This document shows positions 37,757-47,160 of a stretch of DNA of 52,876 bases, piece after piece. A program made the position numbers and the translations under genes. This stretch comes from an uncultured Bacilli bacterium (GTDB lineage Bacteria; Bacillota_I; Bacilli_A; RF39; UBA660), in NCBI GenBank assembly GCA_947632495.1, contig CANRPL010000002.1, forward strand, positions 1-52,876, read 5' to 3'. The stretch's first letter is position 1, and every line of letters starts with the position of its first letter. The notes beneath the pieces are model-generated. The model ran no database searches and was not told the DNA's origin. It saw only the letters and a program-made list of their open reading frames with translations.

Positions 37757-38533
37757 TTAAAGAATCATCCGCTTAATATTGTCAAGTCCACTTTTTTCTA
37801 AACGTGATATTTGAGCTTGACTAATTCCTAATTCTTCACTTAACTCCATCTGTGTCTTACCATATAAGTAACGAGACTGGATGATATAACGTTCTTTGGC
37901 TTTTAATTTATTAAGTGCATCTTTGACACTTAACCTTTCTTCTAAAGAGTAAAGAGAGTTCGTTTTATCTTCTAATTGATCGGCTAGATAGATGACATCT
38001 CCCCCATCATTATAGATTGGTTCGGACATACTAATACTTTCTTTTAATGAATTTTCCGCTAAAAAAAGTTCATACTCCGTAAGACCCAAATTTTCACACA
38101 ACATTCGTATAGGTGGTTCTTTACCTAATAGAGCCGCTAATCTTTCTTTTTCTTTCGCAATGCGATAAGCTGTATCCTTGATACTTCTAGCAATTCTTAC
38201 ACTATTGTTATCTCTTAAATAGCGTTTTACTTCACCTAGAATCATCGGAACAGCATAGGTAGAAAACTTAACACCATGTTTTAAATCAAAATTATCAATA
38301 GCTTTAATTAACCCAATACAACCAATTTGAAATAAATCATCCATATTATCAATCCGATTATTATATTTTTTTAAAATACTTAAAACTAATTTTAAATTGC
38401 CACTCACTAACTTTTCTTTAGCTTCAATGTGGCCATTTTGATACTCTTTAAATAATTTTTCCATTTCTTCATTTGACAAAACAGTAAGGGAACTAGTACT
38501 AATACCACAGATATCTACTTTATGTCGTGCCAT
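37757..38533 (-). CDS. sigG: Sporulation sigma factor SigG (forespore, sigma-70 family)
   Basis: KVDICGISTSSLTVLSNEEM...GNLKLVLSIL...DDLFQIGCIGLIKAIDNFDLKHGVKFSTYAVPMILGEVKRYLRDNN closely parallels B. subtilis SigG. Confidence 0.8.
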   Translation of the reverse strand: MARHKVDICGISTSSLTVLSNEEMEKLFKEYQNGHIEAKEKLVSGNLKLVLSILKKYNNRIDNMDDLFQIGCIGLIKAIDNFDLKHGVKFSTYAVPMILGEVKRYLRDNNSVRIARSIKDTAYRIAKEKERLAALLGKEPPIRMLCENLGLTEYELFLAENSLKESISMSEPIYNDGGDVIYLADQLEDKTNSLYSLEERLSVKDALNKLKAKERYIIQSRYLYGKTQMELSEELGISQAQISRLEKSGLDNIKRMIL

Positions 38534-38551
38534 AATCTTATCTCCTCACCC

Positions 38552-38581
38552 TTTTATGACACGTTTTATAAATTAATATAC
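38552..38581 (-). promoter_or_regulatory. Candidate forespore-type (SigF/SigG-like) promoter upstream of sigG
   Basis: The minus strand reads GTATA, an 18-nt spacer, then CATAAAA. This is a near match to the GHATR / CATxHTA consensus, about 20 nt upstream of the RBS. Confidence 0.3.
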
Positions 38582-38590
38582 AAAAAAAGT

Positions 38591-39475
38591 CTATTTACTA
38601 GACTTTTCAAATTCCTTTTCATGTTCTTTAAAGAAATGATAATAAGTATTGACGTTTTCTAAATCTGTCCATTTTTTAGTCGTTACTGGTGTTGTATCTA
38701 AATCATATATTTTAGCTTCAGTTAAACTTAAAATGAATGGAGAATGTGTCGCAATAATAAATTGACAATTATAAAAACGTGCTGACTCTTCAATAAATTC
38801 TTTAAGTTTTAATTGATTTTCAGCCGAAAGACTATTTTCTGGTTCATCGATAATATAAAGACCATTTTCGGTAATTTCATTTTGCCAAAAAGCTAAAGCT
38901 GACTCGCCATTTGATTCTTGAATAATGGTATTATTAACTAAACGTTTACGAATATAACTTGATGCGGTAAGACGGTTAGCATCGACTTTATTTTTTAACT
39001 CTTCATATTCTGAAAAGATACTACCATAATTAGACGATGGTGTACTTTTATATCTTAAATATTCTTCAGTTAAGTCATCCTTACGACGACTTATTTTGGA
39101 ATTAATTGCTCTAATGTCTAATAGATAATCAAAAATATCATCACTTGAGATAAATTTAGCCTCTCTTAATTCGCTTCGTTTAATATTTTCCATACAACAA
39201 CCTAAATAAGCATCAAAGACTTCTCCTAGATCATTCGGATTTTTTCTCGCTGCAAATATTTTACGAGCAATAATATTTAAAAGAGTTGTTTTACCTGAAC
39301 CATTCCCTCCATAAAAGATTGTAATTGGATCAAAACTAATTGATTCAAACTCTTTGCTTGAGAAAAGATTAATTGGATAATATGACACATTTGTACTTTT
39401 TAATCCCAACGTAATGTTATGTTCAGAACGAGCATCAGGTAATTCAAAAGATCGTAAATAAACCATATATCTCAC
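38591..39475 (-). CDS. Stand-alone ABC/AAA_21-like ATPase (COG3910-type predicted ATPase)
   Basis: Walker A GGNGSGKTT. Walker B and signature region LYIIDEPENSLSAENQ, and FIIATHSPFIL. Confidence 0.7.
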   Translation of the reverse strand: MRYMVYLRSFELPDARSEHNITLGLKSTNVSYYPINLFSSKEFESISFDPITIFYGGNGSGKTTLLNIIARKIFAARKNPNDLGEVFDAYLGCCMENIKRSELREAKFISSDDIFDYLLDIRAINSKISRRKDDLTEEYLRYKSTPSSNYGSIFSEYEELKNKVDANRLTASSYIRKRLVNNTIIQESNGESALAFWQNEITENGLYIIDEPENSLSAENQLKLKEFIEESARFYNCQFIIATHSPFILSLTEAKIYDLDTTPVTTKKWTDLENVNTYYHFFKEHEKEFEKSSK

Positions 39476-39507
39476 CTCTTCTTAATTATATCAAAAAAAG
39501 CGTTAAA

Positions 39508-40596
39508 TTACGCTTTATTTTGTAAATGAATTGATACATATTCACTATGGTCACTAGTTCTAATAGGAAAAGCCCAACCAGCCATCCCAGATGAGACAAT
39601 GACATCTAAATTATCAATCTTTTCATGACCATAAGCTACTTCATTAATAAATAGTTTAATTATAATACCAGCAGGAAAAATTTGACCGGCATGGGTATGT
39701 CCAGATAGTTGCATATCAAAGCCTAAATTAGCATTTTTGGATATATCTAATGGTTGATGATCGACTATTAATAGATATTTACTTTGATCTAAATCTTTAA
39801 TAATTGATGAACTATCCTGACGTTTACTATTTCTCGATATTTCATCGCGTCCATAGATAATAATATCATCATTAAGTTCTTGATAGGTATCAGATAACAA
39901 AGTAATGTTATTAGTTGTTAAAACGTTTTTTAACTCCTCTTTAGAATAGGTTCGATGGGTACTGTAATTTTGTTCATCATGATTACCATAGACATAATAT
40001 ATTCCGTATTTGGTCTTAATATTACCTAAAGAATTAAAGACATCTTTTAAATCTTGATTGGTAGTACTTTCATCGACGATATCGCCACCTAAAATAGCCA
40101 AATCATATTCCTTTTGATTAATATCATCCACTATTTTATCAAGCTTCTTTTTATCCATCGTCGTCTTATAATGCAAATCGGAGATAAAGAGAATATCATA
40201 GTCTTGTTTTAATTCTTTAAAACTGATAATCGTCTCTTTATGTTCAATGACATTGGTCATATTATAATAACCATAAAGCATGACAATAATAGTTAAACAA
40301 ATGGGAATAATACTACTTAATTGTAGTTTTAAATAACGTTTAGTGCTTATTTTATTTATAACATAGAAAACTAAATCGGTTATTACACTAAAGACGAACC
40401 AATGTAAAACAATAATCCCGATAACATTGAAGATATTAATCGCTAAAAAGGAAATTAATAACGTTGTTATGATTGTTAAAGTCATCTTTAATTTAAAACT
40501 TAATTTTGTTAAATTATATAATCTTTTAAAGTGACAAAAGAAATATGAAATCATTAAAAGAATAAAGATAAAAACTAAAATCATTACAAAAAGCAT
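39508..40596 (-). CDS. Membrane-anchored metallophosphoesterase (YkuE-like)
   Basis: N-terminal TM helices, then ISDLHY, GGDIVDE, GNHD and GHTHAGQ motifs. Confidence 0.8.
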   Translation of the reverse strand: MLFVMILVFIFILLMISYFFCHFKRLYNLTKLSFKLKMTLTIITTLLISFLAINIFNVIGIIVLHWFVFSVITDLVFYVINKISTKRYLKLQLSSIIPICLTIIVMLYGYYNMTNVIEHKETIISFKELKQDYDILFISDLHYKTTMDKKKLDKIVDDINQKEYDLAILGGDIVDESTTNQDLKDVFNSLGNIKTKYGIYYVYGNHDEQNYSTHRTYSKEELKNVLTTNNITLLSDTYQELNDDIIIYGRDEISRNSKRQDSSSIIKDLDQSKYLLIVDHQPLDISKNANLGFDMQLSGHTHAGQIFPAGIIIKLFINEVAYGHEKIDNLDVIVSSGMAGWAFPIRTSDHSEYVSIHLQNKA

Positions 40597-40604
40597 ATGA
40601 TCAC

Positions 40605-42485
40605 CTAACTAAGTTTAAATGATGTATATTTACTACTCTTATAATTTGTTTCTTCAAAGTGCCACCATTCAGAATTTAATGTTTCAAAACCAGCTGATGT
40701 CATAATACTACTTAATGTATTAGCGACACTATTGTTATATTTTCTTAAAGATCTGGTATCTAGAGTGTGCATCGCAGATTGAGCTTTTAACTCATTACCA
40801 TTACGATCAGTTATCGTTATATCAAGAGCTATACCACGGTTATGATTAGATACACCATTAGCTAAAAACCAACTGGTACCCCATTTAACCCCATTGCTAT
40901 CATAGTCAACCTTATTTTTAACTGTTTTATTATTATTATAAAGTGTTTTAAAATTACTATTAACCATTGTTGTTACCGAATATGGACGATAAGAATCATA
41001 AACTTTTAAATTATATCCTTTATTAACGGCATTGTTATAAGCTTTTTGAAATTCTTTAGCGACAGGATATAGAAGTGGTGCATAGTAAGTTGTTTTACTG
41101 ATTTTTTCATTGTACGCCTTTTTAAAGCCATATAAATTTTTACCAGTAACATTTGGAATATTAACATCAGCTGATTTAAAGATAGAACTATTAGCATTCG
41201 TTATCTCATAAATAGCATCAGGAACGATGTCAGGTAAATTAATATAAATATAGTCAGAATATACATAACCGGTTGTACTACCATATTTAATCTTAATATA
41301 TTTAGTGCTTGTATTATCAGCAGATAAAATGGTCATCTTCCCACCTTCTGGTACCGTACCAACTTTAGAAGCACTTTGTTTATCAGAGCTACGAACATTT
41401 AATTGCTGATTAGCCCACGCTTTAGCACCATACAAAGTGGCACTAAATGAACCAACTTTAGCTTTGGCAGCACCTGTACTATCGAGATATACATAGTCAA
41501 CGTAAGTATCTTTTACTTTAACTCCATCACGGTAGTAATAGCGTTTGCCACCTTCTTCGTACCATCCATTTTTCGCAACAACCGTTATGGTACATTTAGC
41601 TTCTTTATTACCATCAGCTGTACGAACCGTAATAATAGCTGTTCCTGCCCCTTTCGCACTGACGACACCATTACTTACGGTCGCTACCGAAGCATTACTA
41701 GTTAACCATGTAACGGATTTATTAGCGGCATTACTTGGACTAATTGTCGCCGTTAAAGTACTTGATCCTCCCAATGATAAAGAGAGACTCGTTTGACTCA
41801 ATTTAACGCTTGATACATGAACGACGGTTGGTGTGTTACTATTTGATGGTTTAGGTGTATTACTATTTGTACTAGGACTAGGATTACTATTTGAGGTACT
41901 TGGTGCTGGTGGATTAATAACTTGGACTGTAACTTGTGACATACCTCCACCATTTAATTTTATAGTAATAGTACAAGTTCCGGCTCCCATACCCGTAACG
42001 ACGCCTTTAGAATTAACGGTCGCCACTTTAGTATTACTTGATGAGAAAGTCATACCTTTATCAGTAGCGTTACTAGGATTAATTGTTACTTTAACAGTTG
42101 TTGAAGACCCAACATATATTTTATTACTTGCTAATTCTGTAATAAAAGAAGAAACAGGAACATAATTTTTATCTTTAGATGCTGTAGTTGGTTTTTTACT
42201 TGGCTTATTAGAAGTAACAACCTTAACTGGTTTTGAATTTGGTACTTGACTATTGCTAGTTTTTCCTGTCTTAGGAATATTCGATTTAGAACTAGCTTGA
42301 CCGACAACATTGCTATTAGATGTCGATGATGTTGTACCACCATAAGGGCTAAAAGATGCTATGCCCGGGTTACTATTTAATTTGCTTGCCGCAAATATTG
42401 CTACACTTATAAAAATGAGAAACAAAATAACAGCTAAAAATTGTTTATTACTGCTACTACTTCCTCTATCATTATTACTACTCAT
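40605..42485 (-). CDS. Secreted or membrane-anchored protein: S/T/N/P-rich linkers, two Big_2 domains, an SH3-like region and a C-terminal M15 D-Ala-D-Ala peptidase (VanX/VanY-like) domain
   Basis: Two ...VATVNSKGVVTGMGAGTCTITIK / VATVSNGVVSAKGAGTAIITVR Big_2 signatures. The C-terminus has SYRPY, SNHNRGIALDI and EWWHFE zinc-peptidase motifs. Confidence 0.75.
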   Translation of the reverse strand: MSSNNDRGSSSSNKQFLAVILFLIFISVAIFAASKLNSNPGIASFSPYGGTTSSTSNSNVVGQASSKSNIPKTGKTSNSQVPNSKPVKVVTSNKPSKKPTTASKDKNYVPVSSFITELASNKIYVGSSTTVKVTINPSNATDKGMTFSSSNTKVATVNSKGVVTGMGAGTCTITIKLNGGGMSQVTVQVINPPAPSTSNSNPSPSTNSNTPKPSNSNTPTVVHVSSVKLSQTSLSLSLGGSSTLTATISPSNAANKSVTWLTSNASVATVSNGVVSAKGAGTAIITVRTADGNKEAKCTITVVAKNGWYEEGGKRYYYRDGVKVKDTYVDYVYLDSTGAAKAKVGSFSATLYGAKAWANQQLNVRSSDKQSASKVGTVPEGGKMTILSADNTSTKYIKIKYGSTTGYVYSDYIYINLPDIVPDAIYEITNANSSIFKSADVNIPNVTGKNLYGFKKAYNEKISKTTYYAPLLYPVAKEFQKAYNNAVNKGYNLKVYDSYRPYSVTTMVNSNFKTLYNNNKTVKNKVDYDSNGVKWGTSWFLANGVSNHNRGIALDITITDRNGNELKAQSAMHTLDTRSLRKYNNSVANTLSSIMTSAGFETLNSEWWHFEETNYKSSKYTSFKLS

Positions 42486-42548
42486 ATCATCACCTATTAT
42501 AATAATTAAACCACATTTTACGATTTTTTACAATATAATAAAAAATGA

Positions 42549-43385
42549 TTAATAATTTAACCATTTTTTTAAAGTATTTAATGTCGCACGTCCATTTATT
42601 TTAATTCTTGGAATTGCATATTGATCACTACTGCGCGTAGCGTAATCAGATGGCGTGAAACGGTAAGCAACAAGATACCCTTCCTCTTTTAATATTTCTT
42701 CAATCATCTTGTTATAATCACCAAAAGGATAAGCCATTGTTGTATATCCAAACTCACGATTTCTTACGACATCATTTTTTAGATCGTTATGAGACATACT
42801 TTTAATGCGATGTTTTTTATTTTTGGTGTAATAATGCATATCATATGAATGACTTTGAAATTCATATTTGGGATATTCTTTTCGAACTTTTTCAATTACG
42901 TCACGGCCCAGATAAGCAGTAACATTTTTATCATATGGATGAGTTACTTCGCGAATACGACTACCTACAACAAAAGATGTAGCTTTAAAACCATATTTTT
43001 TAATAATAGGATAAACTAAATAATAATCTTCATAAAAGCCATCATCGATAGTAATCATAACGGTTTTTTTAGTAAACTGACGTTTACCAGTATACCATTC
43101 ATAGAACTCCTCATTACTTATGGTTTGATAACCATTATCATATAGATATTTCATCATTTCGGCAAACACATCAACTGAACCTACCCATTGATTATCAGGA
43201 TATTTCTCTAACTTAACATCATTAGGTACGATACGATGAAAAGTTAAGATGGGAATGCGATCAGTTATTTGTAAATCGTCTTCTCCGGTAGCGATTGAGG
43301 TATTTTCTTGTTTAGGAAAAGTGACAAGAAACATAAGCAAAAAGGCAAATATAATAATTACACCATTGCATATTTTTTTATTCAT
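42549..43385 (-). CDS. Polysaccharide deacetylase (NodB-domain) family protein
   Basis: N-terminal TM or signal helix; MITIDDGFYEDYY NodB motif and downstream His motifs. Confidence 0.8.
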   Translation of the reverse strand: MNKKICNGVIIIFAFLLMFLVTFPKQENTSIATGEDDLQITDRIPILTFHRIVPNDVKLEKYPDNQWVGSVDVFAEMMKYLYDNGYQTISNEEFYEWYTGKRQFTKKTVMITIDDGFYEDYYLVYPIIKKYGFKATSFVVGSRIREVTHPYDKNVTAYLGRDVIEKVRKEYPKYEFQSHSYDMHYYTKNKKHRIKSMSHNDLKNDVVRNREFGYTTMAYPFGDYNKMIEEILKEEGYLVAYRFTPSDYATRSSDQYAIPRIKINGRATLNTLKKWLNY

Positions 43386-43505
43386 TTTAACTCCTTAAGA
43401 ATTCTCTATGTATAATTTGTAAACATATGACTTCTTCAGTAATATAATACTATAAAAAGTATAAAAGTGCAAATACATTTATGGTATAATAAAATTGGTG
43501 ATGAT

Positions 43506-44321
43506 ATGAAACACGATATTAAAATTGCTTTCTTCGATTTAGATGGAACGCTTACTAATAACAGTAAAGAAATAACAGAGGTAAATAAGAAAGCTCTACA
43601 ATTATTACACGATCATCAAGTAATAATCGCTCTAGCTTCAGGACGAAATTATGCTTATATGAAGAAAATAGCGCAGGAATTAGGCTGCTGTGACTACTTA
43701 ATTGCGAATAATGGGGCTATCATCAGTGATGGTAATGGTCAGTTTATCTATCAAGCAAATATTAAAAAAGATTTGGTTAATGATATGTGGTCATATGCTA
43801 AAGATCATCACATCGGTATCATTTTAAATGGTATTAATAATTGTTATGAAAATAATTTTTGTCAGATTAATTGGCCTAATATCATTACGTTAGATGATAT
43901 TAATGAACTACCGGAAGATGTTTATCAAATTATTTATAATACATTAGAACATGATAAAGTTAATCATTTAATCAACTATATACAGCGTAAACAACTTACT
44001 ATTTCATATATTTCAAAAGTATTTTTTCAAAAAATATTAGATGCACCAGTATCGGTTGATGTTAATGATTTTGATATATCTAAAGGTAAAAGTATTACTA
44101 TTCTTTTAGATAAATTAAATATATCTAAAGAAGATAGTCTTTGCTTTGGTGATAATTTTAATGATATTGGTATGTTTGAAAGTTGTGGCATAAAAGTCGC
44201 AATGGAAAATGCTCATCCGGATGTTAAAAAACATGCCACATATGTCACAAAATCCAATGAGGAAGACGGCATTAGTTATTTTATTAATAATTATATTAAA
44301 AATAAAAAGAACAATGAATAA
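43506..44321 (+). CDS. Cof-type HAD-IIB phosphatase
   Basis: FFDLDGTLT motif I, ASGR motif II and GDNFNDIGMF motif IV. The likely start is ATG 43506; the track starts at 43467. Confidence 0.85.
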   Translation: MKHDIKIAFFDLDGTLTNNSKEITEVNKKALQLLHDHQVIIALASGRNYAYMKKIAQELGCCDYLIANNGAIISDGNGQFIYQANIKKDLVNDMWSYAKDHHIGIILNGINNCYENNFCQINWPNIITLDDINELPEDVYQIIYNTLEHDKVNHLINYIQRKQLTISYISKVFFQKILDAPVSVDVNDFDISKGKSITILLDKLNISKEDSLCFGDNFNDIGMFESCGIKVAMENAHPDVKKHATYVTKSNEEDGISYFINNYIKNKKNNE

Positions 44322-44342
44322 TCATCGTTCTTTTTTTAGCAA

Positions 44343-44522
44343 TAAAAAAGCCAAAAGACTGGCGCCAACTAACGATTAAAACCTGTTCTACCAGGTGGGT
44401 GTCAAGCTATAAACGTTAGGATCTCTTAGTTACCCAAGATATTCGACACGGCTTATAATACTTTAACTCCCAATACGTTAATTAGTAGGTTTTTCAGATT
44501 TCGGCAAACCATATCTTCTAGC
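44343..44522 (-). ncRNA. Candidate structured small RNA of about 180 nt, unclassified (size and rod-like end pairing are compatible with 6S RNA)
   Basis: 240-bp ORF-free gap with its own near-consensus promoter. Nested long-range helices join 44495-44505 with 44350-44361, and 44476-44485 with 44365-44374. G-U pairs work only on the minus-strand transcript. The 3' end carries a T-run. Confidence 0.4.
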
Positions 44523-44528
44523 AATTTT

Positions 44529-44558
44529 AGTGTATCATTTTTTAATGTACCTTGTCAA
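44529..44558 (-). promoter_or_regulatory. Sigma-A-type promoter: TTGACA, 18-nt spacer, TGaTACACT
   Basis: On the minus strand, the -35 TTGACA is at 44558-44553 and the extended -10 TG plus TACACT is at 44534-44529. It sits immediately after the stop of the upstream gene. Confidence 0.6.
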
Positions 44559-44561
44559 TAG

Positions 44562-45557
44562 TTAACCAATAGGTACATATCCCGCTTCTGTTGCTACCTT
44601 CTGACCACGACTTGATAACATTGCATCTTTTAATTTAGCAACATTTTTATTTGTTTCCCCTTTACGAGTTACAATGTAATAAGCAGATAGTAATGGGTAT
44701 GAACCATCTTGAATAGTACTATATTCTGGTTTAATTCCATTAACAGCTAAATACTTTAAATTATCATTTTTATACATAACATTAGCATAGTAATAGTATG
44801 AATAACCGATTGCGTTAATACCATTATTATAATCGGATACGATATCAATAATTCCTCCCATTGTTTCAATTTGTTCAGTTGTGGTAGGAATTTTAACTTG
44901 TTTACCTTTCATAACTAAACTAAGTAAACCTGTTTGACTTCCGGAATTAGTTGGTCTTTGATAAACTACAATTTTGGCATTAGGGCCTCCTAATTGTTGC
45001 CAATTAGTAATTTCTCCAGTATATATTTTCTGTAAATTTTCAAAGCTTACATTATCAACTTTATTACCGACATTAACAAAGAAGACAAAGCCCTCAGTAA
45101 CAACTTTAGTAACCTCTAGCTCAACTCCTTATTCTTTAGCTAAAGCAAGCTCTTCATCACTTGGTTCTGTAACAACAATTAAATCAGTCTCATTATTAAT
45201 TAATTTTACGTAACCAGGATGGGTATTAGTATATTCAATTCCTAATTCTTTAGTTGTATTACCAGTAAAATCTTTAACAAAAGCATCTACAAGTGGTTGT
45301 GTCGCCAAAGAAGCGTCAATTCTAGGTAAAGTATCTTTCGTAAATAAAACATTAGGGTTATCCTTATTTTCCTTCTTATTAATTATCATATCGGTAAGGA
45401 AATATACTCCAACTACACTTGCAATAGCAATTAAAATAACAATAATCCAAACAAAAAGATGATTTTTTTTAGTTTGTGGTGAAACTTGTTTGTTCATTGG
45501 ATTTTCTCCTACGATAATTGGTTCATTTGGTATTTCATTAAATTTATTTTCTTCCAT
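44562..45557 (-). pseudogene. Membrane-anchored PstS-like (PBP_like_2) substrate-binding protein interrupted by a single in-frame TAA
   Basis: ORFs 45129-45557 and 44562-44912 are in the same frame. The 216 nt between them are open and continue the family pattern (...EELALAKE * GVELEVTKVVTEGFVFFVNVGNKVDNVSFENLQKIYTGEITNWQQLGGPNAKIVVYQRPTNSGSQ...). The only interruption is TAA at 45129-45131. Confidence 0.75.
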
Positions 45558-45566
45558 AATCTCCTC

Positions 45567-47108
45567 CTAATATTTTAATTTATCTTCATCAAAATCTTCC
45601 CAATATATATAATCATAGTTATCAATATCAGAATCGTCATCAATAATACTATAATAAATAACTATAGCATCTAAACTTATCATATACTTGGCATTATTTT
45701 TAAGAGTTTCAAAATCAATTTTAAATGATTCAGCTTTTTCTTTAATTACTTGATCAATAACTGATTGATAGTCATAGCCATCAACAAACATTTCAGCAGG
45801 TGATGTTATTTGCTTAAAATCTTTATTGAAAGTCATATAAGATTTTTCATAGCCACATTCAACATTTTTATTTTTCTTACCATTATCGTCATATTCAATA
45901 CTAGAAATATTAAAGTAGGAATCTAAACTAGATTTAAAAGCCGTTTTCTCCATGTATATTTGTGGCTTCAATGTGCTTTCAAAATATTTTTTTGATAAAG
46001 TAGTACATGACTTTAAAACATATTCAACGCTAGTCAACGTATAATCTTCATTTCCATATATAATTCCACTTAAATTTATATAGCGATATTTATTATTAGG
46101 TAAAGAAGCTATTTGGGTATTAATTATTTTATCATAATCAACTAGAGAAGTAACTTTAGCTTGAAATTGATCATAATTATCAACTTCAGCATCAATCGTA
46201 TAATTATAGATAATAGCATCAACGAAAGTATTATTATCCTTATCACCAATATTATAGTATAAATTCTCATCATATACCGCTACAAACGCATAATCATGTT
46301 GATTTATATCTTCTTTATATAACGATTTATCAGCCATAAAGCGTGTTGGGAAAGCAAAATAATCATGGTATGTTGTAAATTCTATTTGGGCATAACAATC
46401 ACCATATCTTACATATACATCTCCATCACTAGCAATGGCAAATTCACCTTTTCCTTGACTAAATCCTAAAACACATTGATATGTTATATCCTCTATTTCA
46501 GCTTCTTTTTGAGTACGTTCAGCATCAGCATACGCATTTGGAGAATCTATATCTTTAGCTAACTCACGAGAAATCTCTTTAGTTAGGATACTGTTTACAA
46601 TATCACGATTAATAAAGATGTCATAGATGTCTATTTCTTTACCATCTTTTAAACTTATCGTATGATACTCTTCGACAAGGGTATCATTTTCATCATTCGT
46701 GATATTGATTTCATATGATAAAATATCGCCATAATTACCATATAAAATCGTTGATATTGTATTCTTTTCATCTTTGCCGTATTCTTTATCATATTTATCA
46801 AAAATCTTCTTGATATTCTTATTAATTATCGTTTCTGTTTCACTATTTTTAAGGCCAGATATTTCAAAATAATAATTTTGCTTATTTGGACCACATGGTT
46901 TAGCAATTATTTCAATATCGTTGTCAACTCTTGTGGCATATAAACTAGTCCCTTTAGCTTCTTTATTAGGTGTTGCATAACTCTTTTCTTCCTCTTTTGT
47001 AACTGAAGACTGGTTTTCTTTATTTTTAAATATAACAACACCAACAACTGTCACTAAAGCTATGATCCATATAGTTATTAAAATAATTATATTTCTTTTT
47101 TCTTTCAT
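45567..47108 (-). CDS. Hypothetical membrane-anchored protein, 513 aa
   Basis: N-terminal TM helix and a large acidic extracytoplasmic region. No family recognised with confidence. Confidence 0.5.
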   Translation of the reverse strand: MKEKRNIIILITIWIIALVTVVGVVIFKNKENQSSVTKEEEKSYATPNKEAKGTSLYATRVDNDIEIIAKPCGPNKQNYYFEISGLKNSETETIINKNIKKIFDKYDKEYGKDEKNTISTILYGNYGDILSYEINITNDENDTLVEEYHTISLKDGKEIDIYDIFINRDIVNSILTKEISRELAKDIDSPNAYADAERTQKEAEIEDITYQCVLGFSQGKGEFAIASDGDVYVRYGDCYAQIEFTTYHDYFAFPTRFMADKSLYKEDINQHDYAFVAVYDENLYYNIGDKDNNTFVDAIIYNYTIDAEVDNYDQFQAKVTSLVDYDKIINTQIASLPNNKYRYINLSGIIYGNEDYTLTSVEYVLKSCTTLSKKYFESTLKPQIYMEKTAFKSSLDSYFNISSIEYDDNGKKNKNVECGYEKSYMTFNKDFKQITSPAEMFVDGYDYQSVIDQVIKEKAESFKIDFETLKNNAKYMISLDAIVIYYSIIDDDSDIDNYDYIYWEDFDEDKLKY

Positions 47109-47160
47109 ATCTTACACCCCTCCCAATTATAAATATATCATAATAAAAAAAGAAAAGAAA

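Noticed and set aside
44380-44420. The ACCAGGTGGGTGTCAAGC segment looked like the ACCAGGUC... part of SRP (4.5S/scRNA) RNA on the plus strand.
   Set aside because: The conserved GGAAG...AGCAGCC domain IV core is absent, and the promoter and G-U pairing favour a minus-strand transcript.
45129-45131. Could the in-frame TAA indicate stop-codon reassignment in this organism?
   Set aside because: TAA terminates many well-delimited genes in the window at positions that agree with family lengths (for example the MscL alternate frame, rep, and the small ORFs). A single isolated case fits a mutation or error, not recoding.
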